Shown: positions 1 through 8,686 of the stretch, in pieces
Layout: each line of letters begins with the position of its first letter
How positions within the stretch are numbered: the first letter of the stretch is position 1
Source of the DNA: Myxococcota bacterium
GTDB lineage: Bacteria; Myxococcota_C; UBA6777
Assembly: GCA_023150835.1 (NCBI GenBank)
Contig: JAKLKB010000066.1
Location: 1-60,090, forward strand
Reading direction: 5' to 3'
Length of the DNA stretch: 60,090 bases
The notes under the pieces: generated by a model
Told to the model about the DNA's origin: nothing
The model's database searches: none
The model's input: the letters and a program-made list of their open reading frames with translations, nothing else
Program-made: the position numbers and the translations under genes

Positions 1-31
1 CAACAGATATCGCTGCTTTAGACACCCTCTT

Positions 32-93
32 ATACGAGATCCGCTCGTTGTGTGATCGTAAAAATGTAGGGGCAGCCCCCTGTGGCTGCCCAA
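32..93 (+). repeat. Partial copy of repeat family A (GTAG-REP hairpin within a MITE-like element)
   Basis: ATACGAGATCCG at 32-43 is followed by GTAG+GGGCAGCCCCCTGTGGCTGCCC (66-91). Reverse-complement copies occur at 11026-11140 and 31027-31141. Confidence 0.8.
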
Positions 94-200
94 GAAGTGA
101 GGGGTCAGAACATCGCGGATCCAACCACCTTCTCTCCAGAACAAACCTTTTTCGCAAACACCCTCTGAGATCACGTTTCTTTTCGTTCCGTATTTTGATC

Positions 201-229
201 TTGACGGCCCACCCCTCTGTGTGTATCCT
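201..229 (+). promoter_or_regulatory. Predicted sigma70-type promoter of rpmB
   Basis: TTGACG (201-206), 17-nt spacer, TATCCT (224-229), about 105 nt upstream of the rpmB start. Confidence 0.6.
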
Positions 230-335
230 CACGAGCCTTTGCTTTGTATGGACAAGATCGTACCCCCGAAAAACGGCCCTTTTTGTCTATCCTTGGCTCT
301 TCGACACAAAAACTCAACCATCCTAGGAGGCTTTT

Positions 336-578
336 ATGGCTCGCACATGTCAATTTACTGGAAAAAAACCCTTGGTCGGTTGCCGCGTCTCCCACGCCAA
401 CAACCACACCAAAATGCGCCAACTCCCTAACCTTCAAAACAAGCGCATCTATGATGCCGAACTCGGTCGCTTTGTCCGCGTTCGCCTCTCCACCCGCGCC
501 CTTCGCACCGTCACCAAGCTCGGTCTCTCCGTCTACCTCCGCAAGCTTGGCCTCTCCCTCAACGACGTCCTCGCATAA
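336..578 (+). CDS. rpmB: 50S ribosomal protein L28
   Basis: MARTCQFTGKKPLVGCRVSHANNHTKMRQLPNLQ...VRVRLSTRALRT is the L28 signature; RBS AGGAGG directly upstream. Confidence 0.97.
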   Translation: MARTCQFTGKKPLVGCRVSHANNHTKMRQLPNLQNKRIYDAELGRFVRVRLSTRALRTVTKLGLSVYLRKLGLSLNDVLA

Positions 579-693
579 CTCTCCTTTGATCCTCTCTCTT
601 CTTCTTTCCCCTCTCTTCTATCCTCTCTCTTTTATCCTCTCTCTTCTTCTTTCCCTTAAAACACCGCTGTCTGGGCCGTTGTTGGCGTCCTGC

Positions 694-796
694 TTTTGTG
701 GGGTTTGAACCCCAAACCCCGCCATAGAGCGCGGCTCTATGGACCCCGTATCGGCGGGACGAATCGATGTTTTTCAAACCAACAGCGGTGCCGCTT
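694..796 (+). repeat. Repeat family B copy (double-hairpin REP-like element)
   Basis: TGGGG-N-CCCCA hairpin, CCATAGAGC-GCG-GCTCTATGG hairpin, ACCCCG...TTTTTCAAAC tail. Similar to copies at 8424, 11160, 28253, 43259 and 59879. Confidence 0.75.
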
Positions 797-884
797 GTAA
801 GCCCGCGAACACGGGAGTTTTTGGAGGAAGTTGCCGGCGTGGTGGCTTGTAAGCCCGCGAATACGGAAGTTTGGAGGAGGAAAC

Positions 885-920
885 AAAAAAACCCCATAAG
901 GAGAACCTTATGAGGTTTTG
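885..920 (-). terminator. Intrinsic terminator downstream of the tRNA-Val/tRNA-Asp pair
   Basis: Minus strand AAAACCTCATAAGG-TTCT-CCTTATGGGG followed by a T run, immediately 3' of tRNA-Asp. Confidence 0.75.
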
Positions 921-925
921 GGGAG

Positions 926-999
<74 letters not shown>

Positions 1000-1032
1000 A
1001 TATTCGGGGATTTGCGTATGAGGGCTGAAGGT

Positions 1033-1106
1033 TAGGCGGAACAGGACTCGAACCTGCAACCCTCGGCTTGTAAGGCCGATGCTCTAACCAGTTGAGCTAT
1101 CCGCCC
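1033..1106 (-). tRNA. tRNA-Val (anticodon TAC), CCA not encoded
   Basis: Reverse complement GGGCGGATAGCTCAACTGGTTAGAGCATCGGCCT-TAC-AAGCCGAGGGTTGCAGGTTCGAGTCCTGTTCCGCCTA. Confidence 0.96.
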
Positions 1107-1244
1107 CCAACGCGAAGTGATGTATATACCAGCCCAAACACTTCGTCAACATCTTTTTCATGGAAAGTAGACAATGGCTTGTGTTGGAAGATGATTCTTG
1201 CGCTAGAGCAACGGGGAGAAGGGGGGCGGTTTGAGAGCTTCGGA

Positions 1245-1364
1245 CGCTCTGATGTTGGAAGAGGATTCTTGTGCCAGAGTCTCGGGCGCTCTGATGTTGG
1301 AAGAGGATTCTTGTGCTAGAGTCTCGGGCGCTCTGATGTTGGAAGAGGATTCTTGTGCTAGAGT
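1245..1364. repeat. 42-bp tandem repeat, about 3 copies, plus a partial copy at 1182-1208
   Basis: Unit GCTCTGATGTTGGAAGAGGATTCTTGTGCTAGAGTCTCGGGC starts at 1246, 1288 and 1330. Confidence 0.92.
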
Positions 1365-1409
1365 GATGGGGAGTCCACATTTGATGCGAGAACCAAGCGA
1401 GGAGGAGCG

Positions 1410-2153
1410 ATGGATCTGGAAGGCAAGGGTCGTGGGGCAAGTCCACGAGATCATGATATCTTTTCTTCAAAGATGTTGGAGCGTTTGCGCGAAGCGACGT
1501 TGGATATGAGTTTTTTGGTTGCGCGGGATTATGCGGAGGCATCGGCGTTAAAGGTGGTGGGGGATCGTTATCAGTTGCACCAGCGGCAACGGCTTGCGGT
1601 GTTGCGTAGCGCGTCAAGCGCAAAGGATATCGCGGAGAGTGCGAGCAAGAGGTGCGACGATCTACGCGAGCAGATCTTGGATATCGACACATTGAATCTG
1701 GTGATCTTGTTGGAGAGCGCGTTGGGGGGAGGGGTGTTGTTGAAAGGCATGGATGGTTGTTATCGTGATCTGGCGAGCGTTCATGGGACGTATCGGATGG
1801 TGGAGCAAACAGGCCCGTTGCTTCGGCGTTTTGGGCATTGGATGATGGGGAGAGGTGTGGCAGGAGTGCGTTGGTGGATCGATCAGCCTGTGTCCAACAG
1901 CGGTCGATTGGCTTCGTTGCTGCGCGAGATCGGAGAAGAGGCGGGATGGTCTTGGGAGGCCCAAACCACGCCGTATGTGGATCGCGAAGTGGCTCAAGCG
2001 CAAGGGATCTCGATCAGTACGGACAAAGTGATCTTGCGGCATTGTCGGCAATGGAACAACGCAGGTCGTGAATTTGTGGAAGCCCATATCCCCGAAGCTT
2101 GGGTCTTTGATCTGGGGATCTCGCCGTTAGAACTTGCGAGCGCGAGCCTGTGA
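1410..2153 (+). CDS. DUF434 domain-containing protein
   Basis: Motifs LREATLDMSFL...SALKVVGDRYQL..RQR and IDTLNL.I.LESALGGG.L..G.DG..RDLAS.HGTYR; RBS GAGGAG upstream. Confidence 0.85.
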   Translation: MDLEGKGRGASPRDHDIFSSKMLERLREATLDMSFLVARDYAEASALKVVGDRYQLHQRQRLAVLRSASSAKDIAESASKRCDDLREQILDIDTLNLVILLESALGGGVLLKGMDGCYRDLASVHGTYRMVEQTGPLLRRFGHWMMGRGVAGVRWWIDQPVSNSGRLASLLREIGEEAGWSWEAQTTPYVDREVAQAQGISISTDKVILRHCRQWNNAGREFVEAHIPEAWVFDLGISPLELASASL

Positions 2154-2176
2154 ACGGATAGGAAAGGAGAGAGACG

Positions 2177-3706
2177 TTGCGTCGTTGGTGTGGTTGGGTG
2201 TGGTTGGGTGTGGTGTTGTGGTCGCCGTGGAGTGTCTGGGCGCAAGTGTCGCTCAAAGGTTATTTGGAGTCCTGTAAGCCGCAAGAGTGCGACAATGCGC
2301 AGTTTTTGACGTGTGGTGGCGTGGGGGAAAAGGCGATTTGTGTTCCGATGTGCGATGCACGCCAACCCGTATGTCCGCGCAATGAGCCTTGTGCGATCCA
2401 AGCCGACGGTCAAGGGGCTTGTTTGTGCGCGAAAGATGACGAGTGTTTTCCCCCGTTGACGTGTCAAAACGGCCAATGTGCGGGGACGGTGGCGAGCGGG
2501 CAATCCTGCGCAGTTGATCGCCTTTGTGGTCGAGGGATGTTGTGCGTGCAGTTGGGGACGGAAACGCAGACCTTCTGCCGCCCGATGTGTGGCTTTGTGG
2601 GGAAAGCCTGCAAGGATGGTGAGCCTTGCATCAACCATCTCGCGAGCAGTTTTCCTGTTTGTTATTGCAGCAAAAACGAGGATTGCCCGGACGCGAAGAA
2701 CTGCGTTTTAGGGCGATGTGTGATCCCGCCGACGTATGGGGGCGCTTGCGATGAGCAGATCGGCTGCCGTCGTGGCTTGGTGTGTACACAAATGCTCGGA
2801 TCGAAAGAACGCTATTGTTTGCCGCCATGCGGAAGCGGCGCGTGCGTGGGCGGAGAGCGTTGCTTTGATGCAAGCAATCGCCAGCGAATTTGTGCTTGTA
2901 CGTCCAGTGATCCTTGTCCAACAGGGATTCCTTGCACCAACGGCGTCTGTTTGGACAGCCCGCGCTGCGATGATGTCCAAAAATGCACAGAGAACAGCTA
3001 CTGTCTTTCCGCAAAAGTTGGAGCTTACGGGGGGATCTGTCGTCCTCGATGTTTTGCCAAAAAGGATTGTAGCGCGGACGATACGCCCTGCAAAAATGTC
3101 CAAGGCATCTTGCTTTGTGCGTGTACTGCCGATCAAGATTGCCCAAGCGGGCAGGTTTGCAGCCAACACCGCTGCATCAAGACGAGCACCACCGAACCCA
3201 CCGAACCCACCGAACCCACCGAACCCACCGAACCCACCGAACCTTCCGAGCCTGTCGAAGATGGCGGAGAGCCTGTCGAAGAAAAAACCGCCATTGAAAA
3301 AACACCCACGGAGTCGACGATCTTGGCGTGCGATCCGCCTTGTTCGGGAAAGCAGCGGTGTGTAAACGGTACTTGTCAAAAGCTCGGATGGCGCGAGTTT
3401 TGTGAGCTTGATTCAGATTGTTCGTCAGGTTTTTGTTTTTCCGCAGATGCGCGGGTGAAGATCTGCACCACAAAGGATTGCAATCAGTGTGGCTTGCTTG
3501 GCTTGCAATGTCTCCAAGGGAACGGGCAAGAGGGCTGTTATTATCCGCCGTACATCGATCCTGTTCCTGACAAGGGGCAAGCAACTAGCTGTAATTGTGA
3601 TGCCTTTGATCCGATGGGGTGGTCGTTTTGGGGCGGGTTGCTTTTGTTGCTCGGTGTAGGTCGATGGCGGCGGCGTTTCGTCAGGGATGCTTCGCTGCAT
3701 CCGTAG
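2177..3706 (+). CDS. Secreted Cys-rich repeat surface protein with MYXO-CTERM-like C-terminal anchor
   Basis: N-terminal signal peptide, many CxxDxDC/CxxGxC modules, (PTE)n linker, C-terminal SCNC...hydrophobic helix-RWRRR. Confidence 0.8.
   Translation: MRRWCGWVWLGVVLWSPWSVWAQVSLKGYLESCKPQECDNAQFLTCGGVGEKAICVPMCDARQPVCPRNEPCAIQADGQGACLCAKDDECFPPLTCQNGQCAGTVASGQSCAVDRLCGRGMLCVQLGTETQTFCRPMCGFVGKACKDGEPCINHLASSFPVCYCSKNEDCPDAKNCVLGRCVIPPTYGGACDEQIGCRRGLVCTQMLGSKERYCLPPCGSGACVGGERCFDASNRQRICACTSSDPCPTGIPCTNGVCLDSPRCDDVQKCTENSYCLSAKVGAYGGICRPRCFAKKDCSADDTPCKNVQGILLCACTADQDCPSGQVCSQHRCIKTSTTEPTEPTEPTEPTEPTEPSEPVEDGGEPVEEKTAIEKTPTESTILACDPPCSGKQRCVNGTCQKLGWREFCELDSDCSSGFCFSADARVKICTTKDCNQCGLLGLQCLQGNGQEGCYYPPYIDPVPDKGQATSCNCDAFDPMGWSFWGGLLLLLGVGRWRRRFVRDASLHP
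3191..3243 (+). repeat. 9-bp intragenic tandem repeat (ACCGAACCC)n encoding TEP repeats
   Basis: About 6 consecutive units read directly. Confidence 0.9.
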
Positions 3707-3807
3707 CACGTCGTTATAACGGCCCATCAAGGAACGAGAGTGCTTGGACGAACGACGAATCAAATGCCATCCCTCAGTCTCCAAATCCAATAAAAACCGA
3801 AACCACC

Positions 3808-4092
3808 CCATCCAAAACAAAAAGAAACGTTTCTTTTGCCAAGCGACCTCATCTGTTTGCCATTTAAGCGTTTCTTTTTCCGTACCGCACCCATCCCAAC
3901 CGAAAAGCAACGTTTCGTTTTCCGAGCGAACTCGTTTCCTCGCTGTTTGATGCCTCTGTTTTGCAATCGGCCTCGTCCCCTTGCCACCAAGGTATTTTTT
4001 TTAAACGGTTAGCCTCGTCTCCTCGCTGTTTTGACGTTTCTTTTGGCTTGTCGACCTCATCCCCGCTCAAAAGAAACGTTTCTTTGAGTGGG
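3808..4092. repeat. Degenerate ~42-bp-period intergenic array containing palindromes
   Basis: CGTTTC at 3828, 3869, 3911, 4035 and 4077; CCTCRT at 3847, 3971, 4013 and 4055; perfect 18-bp palindrome AAAAGAAACGTTTCTTTT at 3820-3837. Confidence 0.65.
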
Positions 4093-4260
4093 GCACTCCT
4101 GCCCTCAACAAAGACGTGTTCGCGGCATTTCAAGCGACAGAGTGGTTGGTTTGAACTGCGTGTGCTTGTCTCGCCAACACGGGGGTCAAGGGCCGACAGT
4201 CTATGGCGGGGTGTGGGCAAAGCCCCAAAAAAGAAAACCCAAAATCAAACCAAGAGGCCA

Positions 4261-4764
4261 CTATTTTTGGGGAAAAACGAGTCGCCACCGCCAGACGCGC
4301 CCTGTGTCCCATCCTGTGGCGTAGAGGTGTTGGTTGTCGGGGGAGAGGGCCAAGCCAGAGAGGCGGTCGGGCATGGGGAGACGTGTGGATTCGCGCCCGT
4401 GTTGGAGATCGACGATGGAAAGTGAACGGCCTGCGTAGTTGGCGCTAAACAACCAGCGTCCGTCGTGTGTGACGTCGATCGTTTTGGGCCAAGCGCCGAC
4501 GCGGATCCGTCGAAGGATACGGCCTGTTTTGGCGTCGATGGCGGCGATGGTTGCGGAGCCTGTATTCGAGGCGTAGACGATCTTGCTTGTGACGTAGGCT
4601 TTTTTTCCGTTGGGGGCGACGCCGATCTGTTTGGGTTGTTTTCCGACGTGCAGAACACCCGCTGGTTCGAGATCTAGAACGTTGTCTGACGGCGGAGCCG
4701 CGTGCAGAGATTTGAAAAGCCAACTGTATCCGACAAGTGCAACGAAAAACCATTTGAGGCGCAT
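4261..4764 (-). CDS. Short secreted YVTN/YncE-type beta-propeller repeat protein
   Basis: Signal peptide; blades VGKQPKQIGVAPNGKKAYVTS, VGAWPKTIDVTHDGRWLFSAN, LSGLALSPDNQHLYATG. Confidence 0.75.
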   Translation of the reverse strand: MRLKWFFVALVGYSWLFKSLHAAPPSDNVLDLEPAGVLHVGKQPKQIGVAPNGKKAYVTSKIVYASNTGSATIAAIDAKTGRILRRIRVGAWPKTIDVTHDGRWLFSANYAGRSLSIVDLQHGRESTRLPMPDRLSGLALSPDNQHLYATGWDTGRVWRWRLVFPQK

Positions 4765-4903
4765 TCGATCCTCCCGAATGACGGTGTTCTTGTTGTGCGC
4801 CTTTGTTCATACATACATCTGGCCTGTTTTCCAAGTCTTGCGATCTCGGTTAAGCTACGCATCGCTCCGTGTTCATTGGATCTCAAACGAAGGGGAATTG
4901 GCG

Positions 4904-6739
4904 GTGAATCGAAAGGTTTGGGTGCTGTTGGGATTTTTGCTGAATGGTGGTTTGCTGTTGTGGCTTGGGCTGCGACAGAGCGCGGTGGGGATGTTGTTGT
5001 TTGCGGGAGTTTCGTTTGTGTTGGGTTATGTGGTGTATGGTCGGTTTATTGCGCGGCAGTTGGGGCTTGGCGAGCATGATCCAACGCCTGCTCACACCCA
5101 AGCGGATGGCGTGGATTATGTGGCAGCACCGATGCCGATCGTCTTGGGCCATCACTTCGCATCGATCGCGGGTGCGGCTCCGATCATTGGCCCTGTGACG
5201 GCTGCTCAGTATGGCTGGGCTCCTGTGTTGGTGTGGATCATTTTGGGTGGGATCTTTATGGGGGCGGTCCATGATCTGACATCGATGGTGGCATCTTTGC
5301 GCCACAAGGGCCGATCTATCGGAGAGATCATCGAGGAGTATTTGGGGCACACAGGCAAGATGTTCTTTTTGATGTTTGCGTGGGCGGCGCTGATCCTGAT
5401 CATCGCGGTGTTTACGATCCTTGTGGCCCAGACGTTTACAAAAGAACCTGCAGCGGGGAGCGCGTCGTTGTTGCTGTTGGTGCTTGCGGTGTTTTTTGGT
5501 TTGAGTGTGTACCGCTGGAATGTGAACTTTGTGGTGGCGTCGGTGGTGGGTGTGGTGCTGGTGTTTGGGTCGTTGGTGTTGGGGTTGATGTGGCCTTTGG
5601 ATTTTGCGTCGTGGTCGGCGGTCAAAAGCTTTGCGGCTAGTGTGAAATGGAAGCCTGAGGATATGGCGATGGCGATCTGGACGGTGTTTTTGATGATCTA
5701 CATCTTCCTTGCGTCGGTGATGCCAGTACACATCTTGTTGCAGCCCCGCGATTATCTGAATTCCTTTTTGCTCTACGCGATGATCGCTCTTGGATTGTTG
5801 GGCGTTTTGGTTGTGCAGCCCACGATCCAGATCCCCGCCCACGCGCAGTTTTCTGTCGAAGGCATCGGTTTGATGTTTCCGATGTTGTTTGTGACGGTGG
5901 CTTGTGGGGCGATCAGCGGGTTTCATGCGTTGGTGTCTTCGGGGACGAGTTCAAAGCAACTGGATCGAGAGAGCGATGCGTTGCCCGTTGCCTACGGGGG
6001 AATGTTGATCGAGTGTATGCTGGCGGTGCTTTCGTTGATTACGGCGATTATGCTGACGCAGCCGCAGTATGCAGCGTATTTCAAGAGTGGTGGTGGTGGA
6101 CCCGTCACTTTGTTTGCTCAAAATCTGGGGACGTTGATGGCGGCCATCGGTTTGCCGAGGGATGCGGCGATCAGCTTCACAGCGTTGACGGTTTCGGCGT
6201 TTGCGCTGACTTCGTTGGATACGGCCACTCGTTTGGCGCGCTTCCTTTTTGAAGAGTTGTTTACGCCGCGCCACGATCCTGCATTTCGACATGAACATCC
6301 CGAATCTTCCGAGTCGATATCGTCGCCTTCCTCTTCAGCAAGCGTGCCGAAAACATCGACGATGACGGCCCTTTTGACGAACCGCTACGTCAGCACGACC
6401 CTCACCGTTGCACTGGGCGGTGCGTTGGCCTTTTCGGGGCAATGGAAGACGCTGTGGCCGTTGTTTGGTGCTGCCAATCAGTTGCTTGCTTCTCTGGCGT
6501 TGTTAACGGTGACGGTGTGGTTGGCACACAAAAAGGTGAGCAACTTCTTTACGCTGATCCCAACGATCTTTATGTACGCCGTGACGCAAACCGCCCTTGC
6601 CAACATCGTTTACACAAACCTCCGCGCACAGAAATATTTTCTGGCGGGGATCGCTGTGTTGTTGATCGGTTTGTCGTTGTTTTTGGGTTACTTGTTTGTG
6701 AAGGATCAATTTTTCAGCAAAAAGCTCGTTCCTGCTTGA
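4904..6739 (+). CDS. cstA: Carbon starvation protein A family peptide/pyruvate transporter
   Basis: TPAH...DGVDYV, LGHHFASIAGAAPIIGP, GAVHD, PRDYLN, VACGAISGFHAL, WPLFGAANQLLA. Start placed at GTG 4904 after AGGGG; the longer ORF overlaps the opposite-strand gene. Confidence 0.95.
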   Translation: MNRKVWVLLGFLLNGGLLLWLGLRQSAVGMLLFAGVSFVLGYVVYGRFIARQLGLGEHDPTPAHTQADGVDYVAAPMPIVLGHHFASIAGAAPIIGPVTAAQYGWAPVLVWIILGGIFMGAVHDLTSMVASLRHKGRSIGEIIEEYLGHTGKMFFLMFAWAALILIIAVFTILVAQTFTKEPAAGSASLLLLVLAVFFGLSVYRWNVNFVVASVVGVVLVFGSLVLGLMWPLDFASWSAVKSFAASVKWKPEDMAMAIWTVFLMIYIFLASVMPVHILLQPRDYLNSFLLYAMIALGLLGVLVVQPTIQIPAHAQFSVEGIGLMFPMLFVTVACGAISGFHALVSSGTSSKQLDRESDALPVAYGGMLIECMLAVLSLITAIMLTQPQYAAYFKSGGGGPVTLFAQNLGTLMAAIGLPRDAAISFTALTVSAFALTSLDTATRLARFLFEELFTPRHDPAFRHEHPESSESISSPSSSASVPKTSTMTALLTNRYVSTTLTVALGGALAFSGQWKTLWPLFGAANQLLASLALLTVTVWLAHKKVSNFFTLIPTIFMYAVTQTALANIVYTNLRAQKYFLAGIAVLLIGLSLFLGYLFVKDQFFSKKLVPA

Positions 6740-6766
6740 CGGATGCCCGTCTGAGCGGAGGGCAGC

Positions 6767-8404
6767 TTAACGCCAGAGGGAAGGTGTGGGAGCGGGATTT
6801 TTGAGGGGATCGAGCCAGTGCCAAGTGGTTTGATGGATCCATCGAGGCCCAAAGGGTCCGCTGTTTCCGAGACTACGCGCAAGGGGCCATCGTTTCATCA
6901 CGCGGCCAAGCTGCGCAGCGGCAGCCCCGCGCAGGCCCGATGCAAAGGGTTCTTGGTTGCCCCAACGCCCTGCAAAACTGACCCATCGGACATGATCTTT
7001 GTACAATTGACCGAGGCAACACGGCCTGTTTGCGTTGCCGGCTTGGACATCACACATCCGCACAGCGGGGTGTTCTTTGGGAGACAAACAACGCGGAGTG
7101 AAGGCAAGTTTTTCAGAGAGCAGTTGTTTTTCTCGGATAGAGAGGGGTTGAAGCCCTGCTTCGTGGGTAAGAGTGCGGTCTGGGTAGGTGGTGGGGGGAG
7201 GGGTCCTCAAATTCGCCGAGTTCGTTTTTGAGGGGCTTTTTGAAGCAAACTCAGGGGAAGGCGCGAGGAGGGGCATTGAAGCGGGCGGAGTGCGTTGGGG
7301 AGACGGAAAGATCCCGCGCAGTCGAACGTTTCGCCAATCGAGCCAGCCTTCTTTGGGCATTTCGGCCCCTGTGCGTTCGATGGCACGAGGATCGTCGGGG
7401 GGAAGCCAAGCTCGGTAGATCGGCCCATTGCCTCGATGCCATTCGGTCAAGCGGTCGGAAAGTCCACGACTGGTGCAGATCCGTCGGACCCAAGGGCGGA
7501 TCTCGATCGGGAAGTTGTTCGCCATCTTGGTTTGTCCTGCGCGGGGATAGAGTGCGTGACCCAAAGACCCCATGTAAGCGACAGGATGCGTCCCTTGCAC
7601 AAAGGTGACTTGCTCAGGAGAAAACACTTTGGTCTTGTAATGGCCGTAATATCCGACTCGGACGACGGCTTTACGTTGTTCCTCAGGCGTGCGGGCTGCT
7701 TCAAAATTGCGGATATCGACGACGACGACCATCCCTTCGTGTTCGCCTTCGTGGATATTGCAAGCGTCGTTGTACATCAAAGGCACGAAGTATTGGATGA
7801 TATAGAAGCGATCGACTTTATCGTCGACACACAAGCGCATCAGATTACGGCGCAGGCAGCGTTGGATCTGACGTTCGTACACGCGAAAAGATATCTCGGG
7901 TGTTACGGCAAAACGGAAGGCTCCGCGCAACAGCGTGGCGTCGTCTTTTTGGCGAAAGCGCAGGTAGAGATTGCTCGGCGCGGCAAGCAGCGTGTGTTGG
8001 TTTTGTTTGGTGTTGCTTGTGGAAAAGGCCGCGTAGCGGAGATCACAAGTGTTGTCGGTGTTCCATCGAAAGACATCGCGAACGGAAAGCCATGTCCCAT
8101 CGCCCACACGGATCGCAAGGGCCGAAGTGCTTTGTTGGGAGCGGGCGTTGCGCTGGTTTTGGCTTCGCAAAGAATTGCGTTTGGCGCGAGTACATCCACG
8201 CATCTCGGCCATCAGGTCGCTTTGAGCCAGAAAATAAGGTATCGAGCCGATCCCGTACCGCTCTTTTTGATCTTGTCGGATCTCTGGGGCGTACAACATC
8301 GCCAATCGGCGGCGCAAAGCAGGATCGGATATCGGAGAAGCTTGTGCCGTATTTGCAAATAGGCAGGCAAAGGCCACCCAAAGGAGCGCTTTTTTCAACA
8401 GCAA
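6767..8404 (-). CDS. Secreted Vps62/DUF946-like hypothetical protein (start uncertain)
   Basis: YAPEIR..., HEGEHEG.VV.V, THPVAY...GHALY, FAGRWG, GPFGP motifs. Signal peptide LLKKALLWVAFACLFANTAQA. The upstream part of the 8581 ORF is repeat family B. Confidence 0.6.
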   Translation of the reverse strand: MLLKKALLWVAFACLFANTAQASPISDPALRRRLAMLYAPEIRQDQKERYGIGSIPYFLAQSDLMAEMRGCTRAKRNSLRSQNQRNARSQQSTSALAIRVGDGTWLSVRDVFRWNTDNTCDLRYAAFSTSNTKQNQHTLLAAPSNLYLRFRQKDDATLLRGAFRFAVTPEISFRVYERQIQRCLRRNLMRLCVDDKVDRFYIIQYFVPLMYNDACNIHEGEHEGMVVVVDIRNFEAARTPEEQRKAVVRVGYYGHYKTKVFSPEQVTFVQGTHPVAYMGSLGHALYPRAGQTKMANNFPIEIRPWVRRICTSRGLSDRLTEWHRGNGPIYRAWLPPDDPRAIERTGAEMPKEGWLDWRNVRLRGIFPSPQRTPPASMPLLAPSPEFASKSPSKTNSANLRTPPPTTYPDRTLTHEAGLQPLSIREKQLLSEKLAFTPRCLSPKEHPAVRMCDVQAGNANRPCCLGQLYKDHVRWVSFAGRWGNQEPFASGLRGAAAAQLGRVMKRWPLARSLGNSGPFGPRWIHQTTWHWLDPLKNPAPTPSLWR

Positions 8405-8423
8405 AAGAGTTCCGCAAAAGCCC

Positions 8424-8554
8424 AAAAAAGCCGTGTTCGCGAGCGCCCAAGCGACAGAGTTGTTGTTTTGAAAAATCTGCGAGCTTTTCGCCTCTCTCGG
8501 GTTCAAAGGAGCCGCGCTCCCTTGCGGGGTGTGGGGCAGCGCCCCACAAAAACA
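8424..8554 (-). repeat. Repeat family B copy
   Basis: Reverse complement TTTTTGTGGGGCGCTGCCCCACACCCCGCAAGGGAGCGCGGCTCCTTTG...TTTTTCAAAACAAC...CGCTTGGGCGCTCGCGAACACGGCTTTTTT matches the 11160 and 43259 copies. Confidence 0.8.
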
Positions 8555-8686
8555 AGCCAAATGCGCAAGTCCTGATAGCATAAGAACCTCGATGTGTGGT
8601 GGTGTTGGGGGAGGGTCATGGTGTGGGGGCGTCGAGCGGATTGCGTTGTAAGGTGCGGTGTGAGCGACGATGGCAACGCGGATCGT

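Noticed and set aside
579-657. Polypyrimidine tract with a duplicated ATCCTCTCTCTTCTTCTTTCCC after rpmB
   Set aside because: Low-complexity local duplication with no further functional evidence.
793-878. Two ~35-bp direct repeats (GCTTGTAAGCCCGCGAAYACGG) near the tRNA terminator
   Set aside because: Only two copies next to a family B element; most simply a local duplication.
1245-1364. Possible second CRISPR array
   Set aside because: The units are contiguous with identical linkers and have no unique spacers.
1084-1692. ORFs with 14-aa repeats (e.g. 1231..1509, 1084..1692)
   Set aside because: Produced by the 42-bp DNA repeat; they overlap tRNA-Val or DUF434 and I see no convincing RBS.
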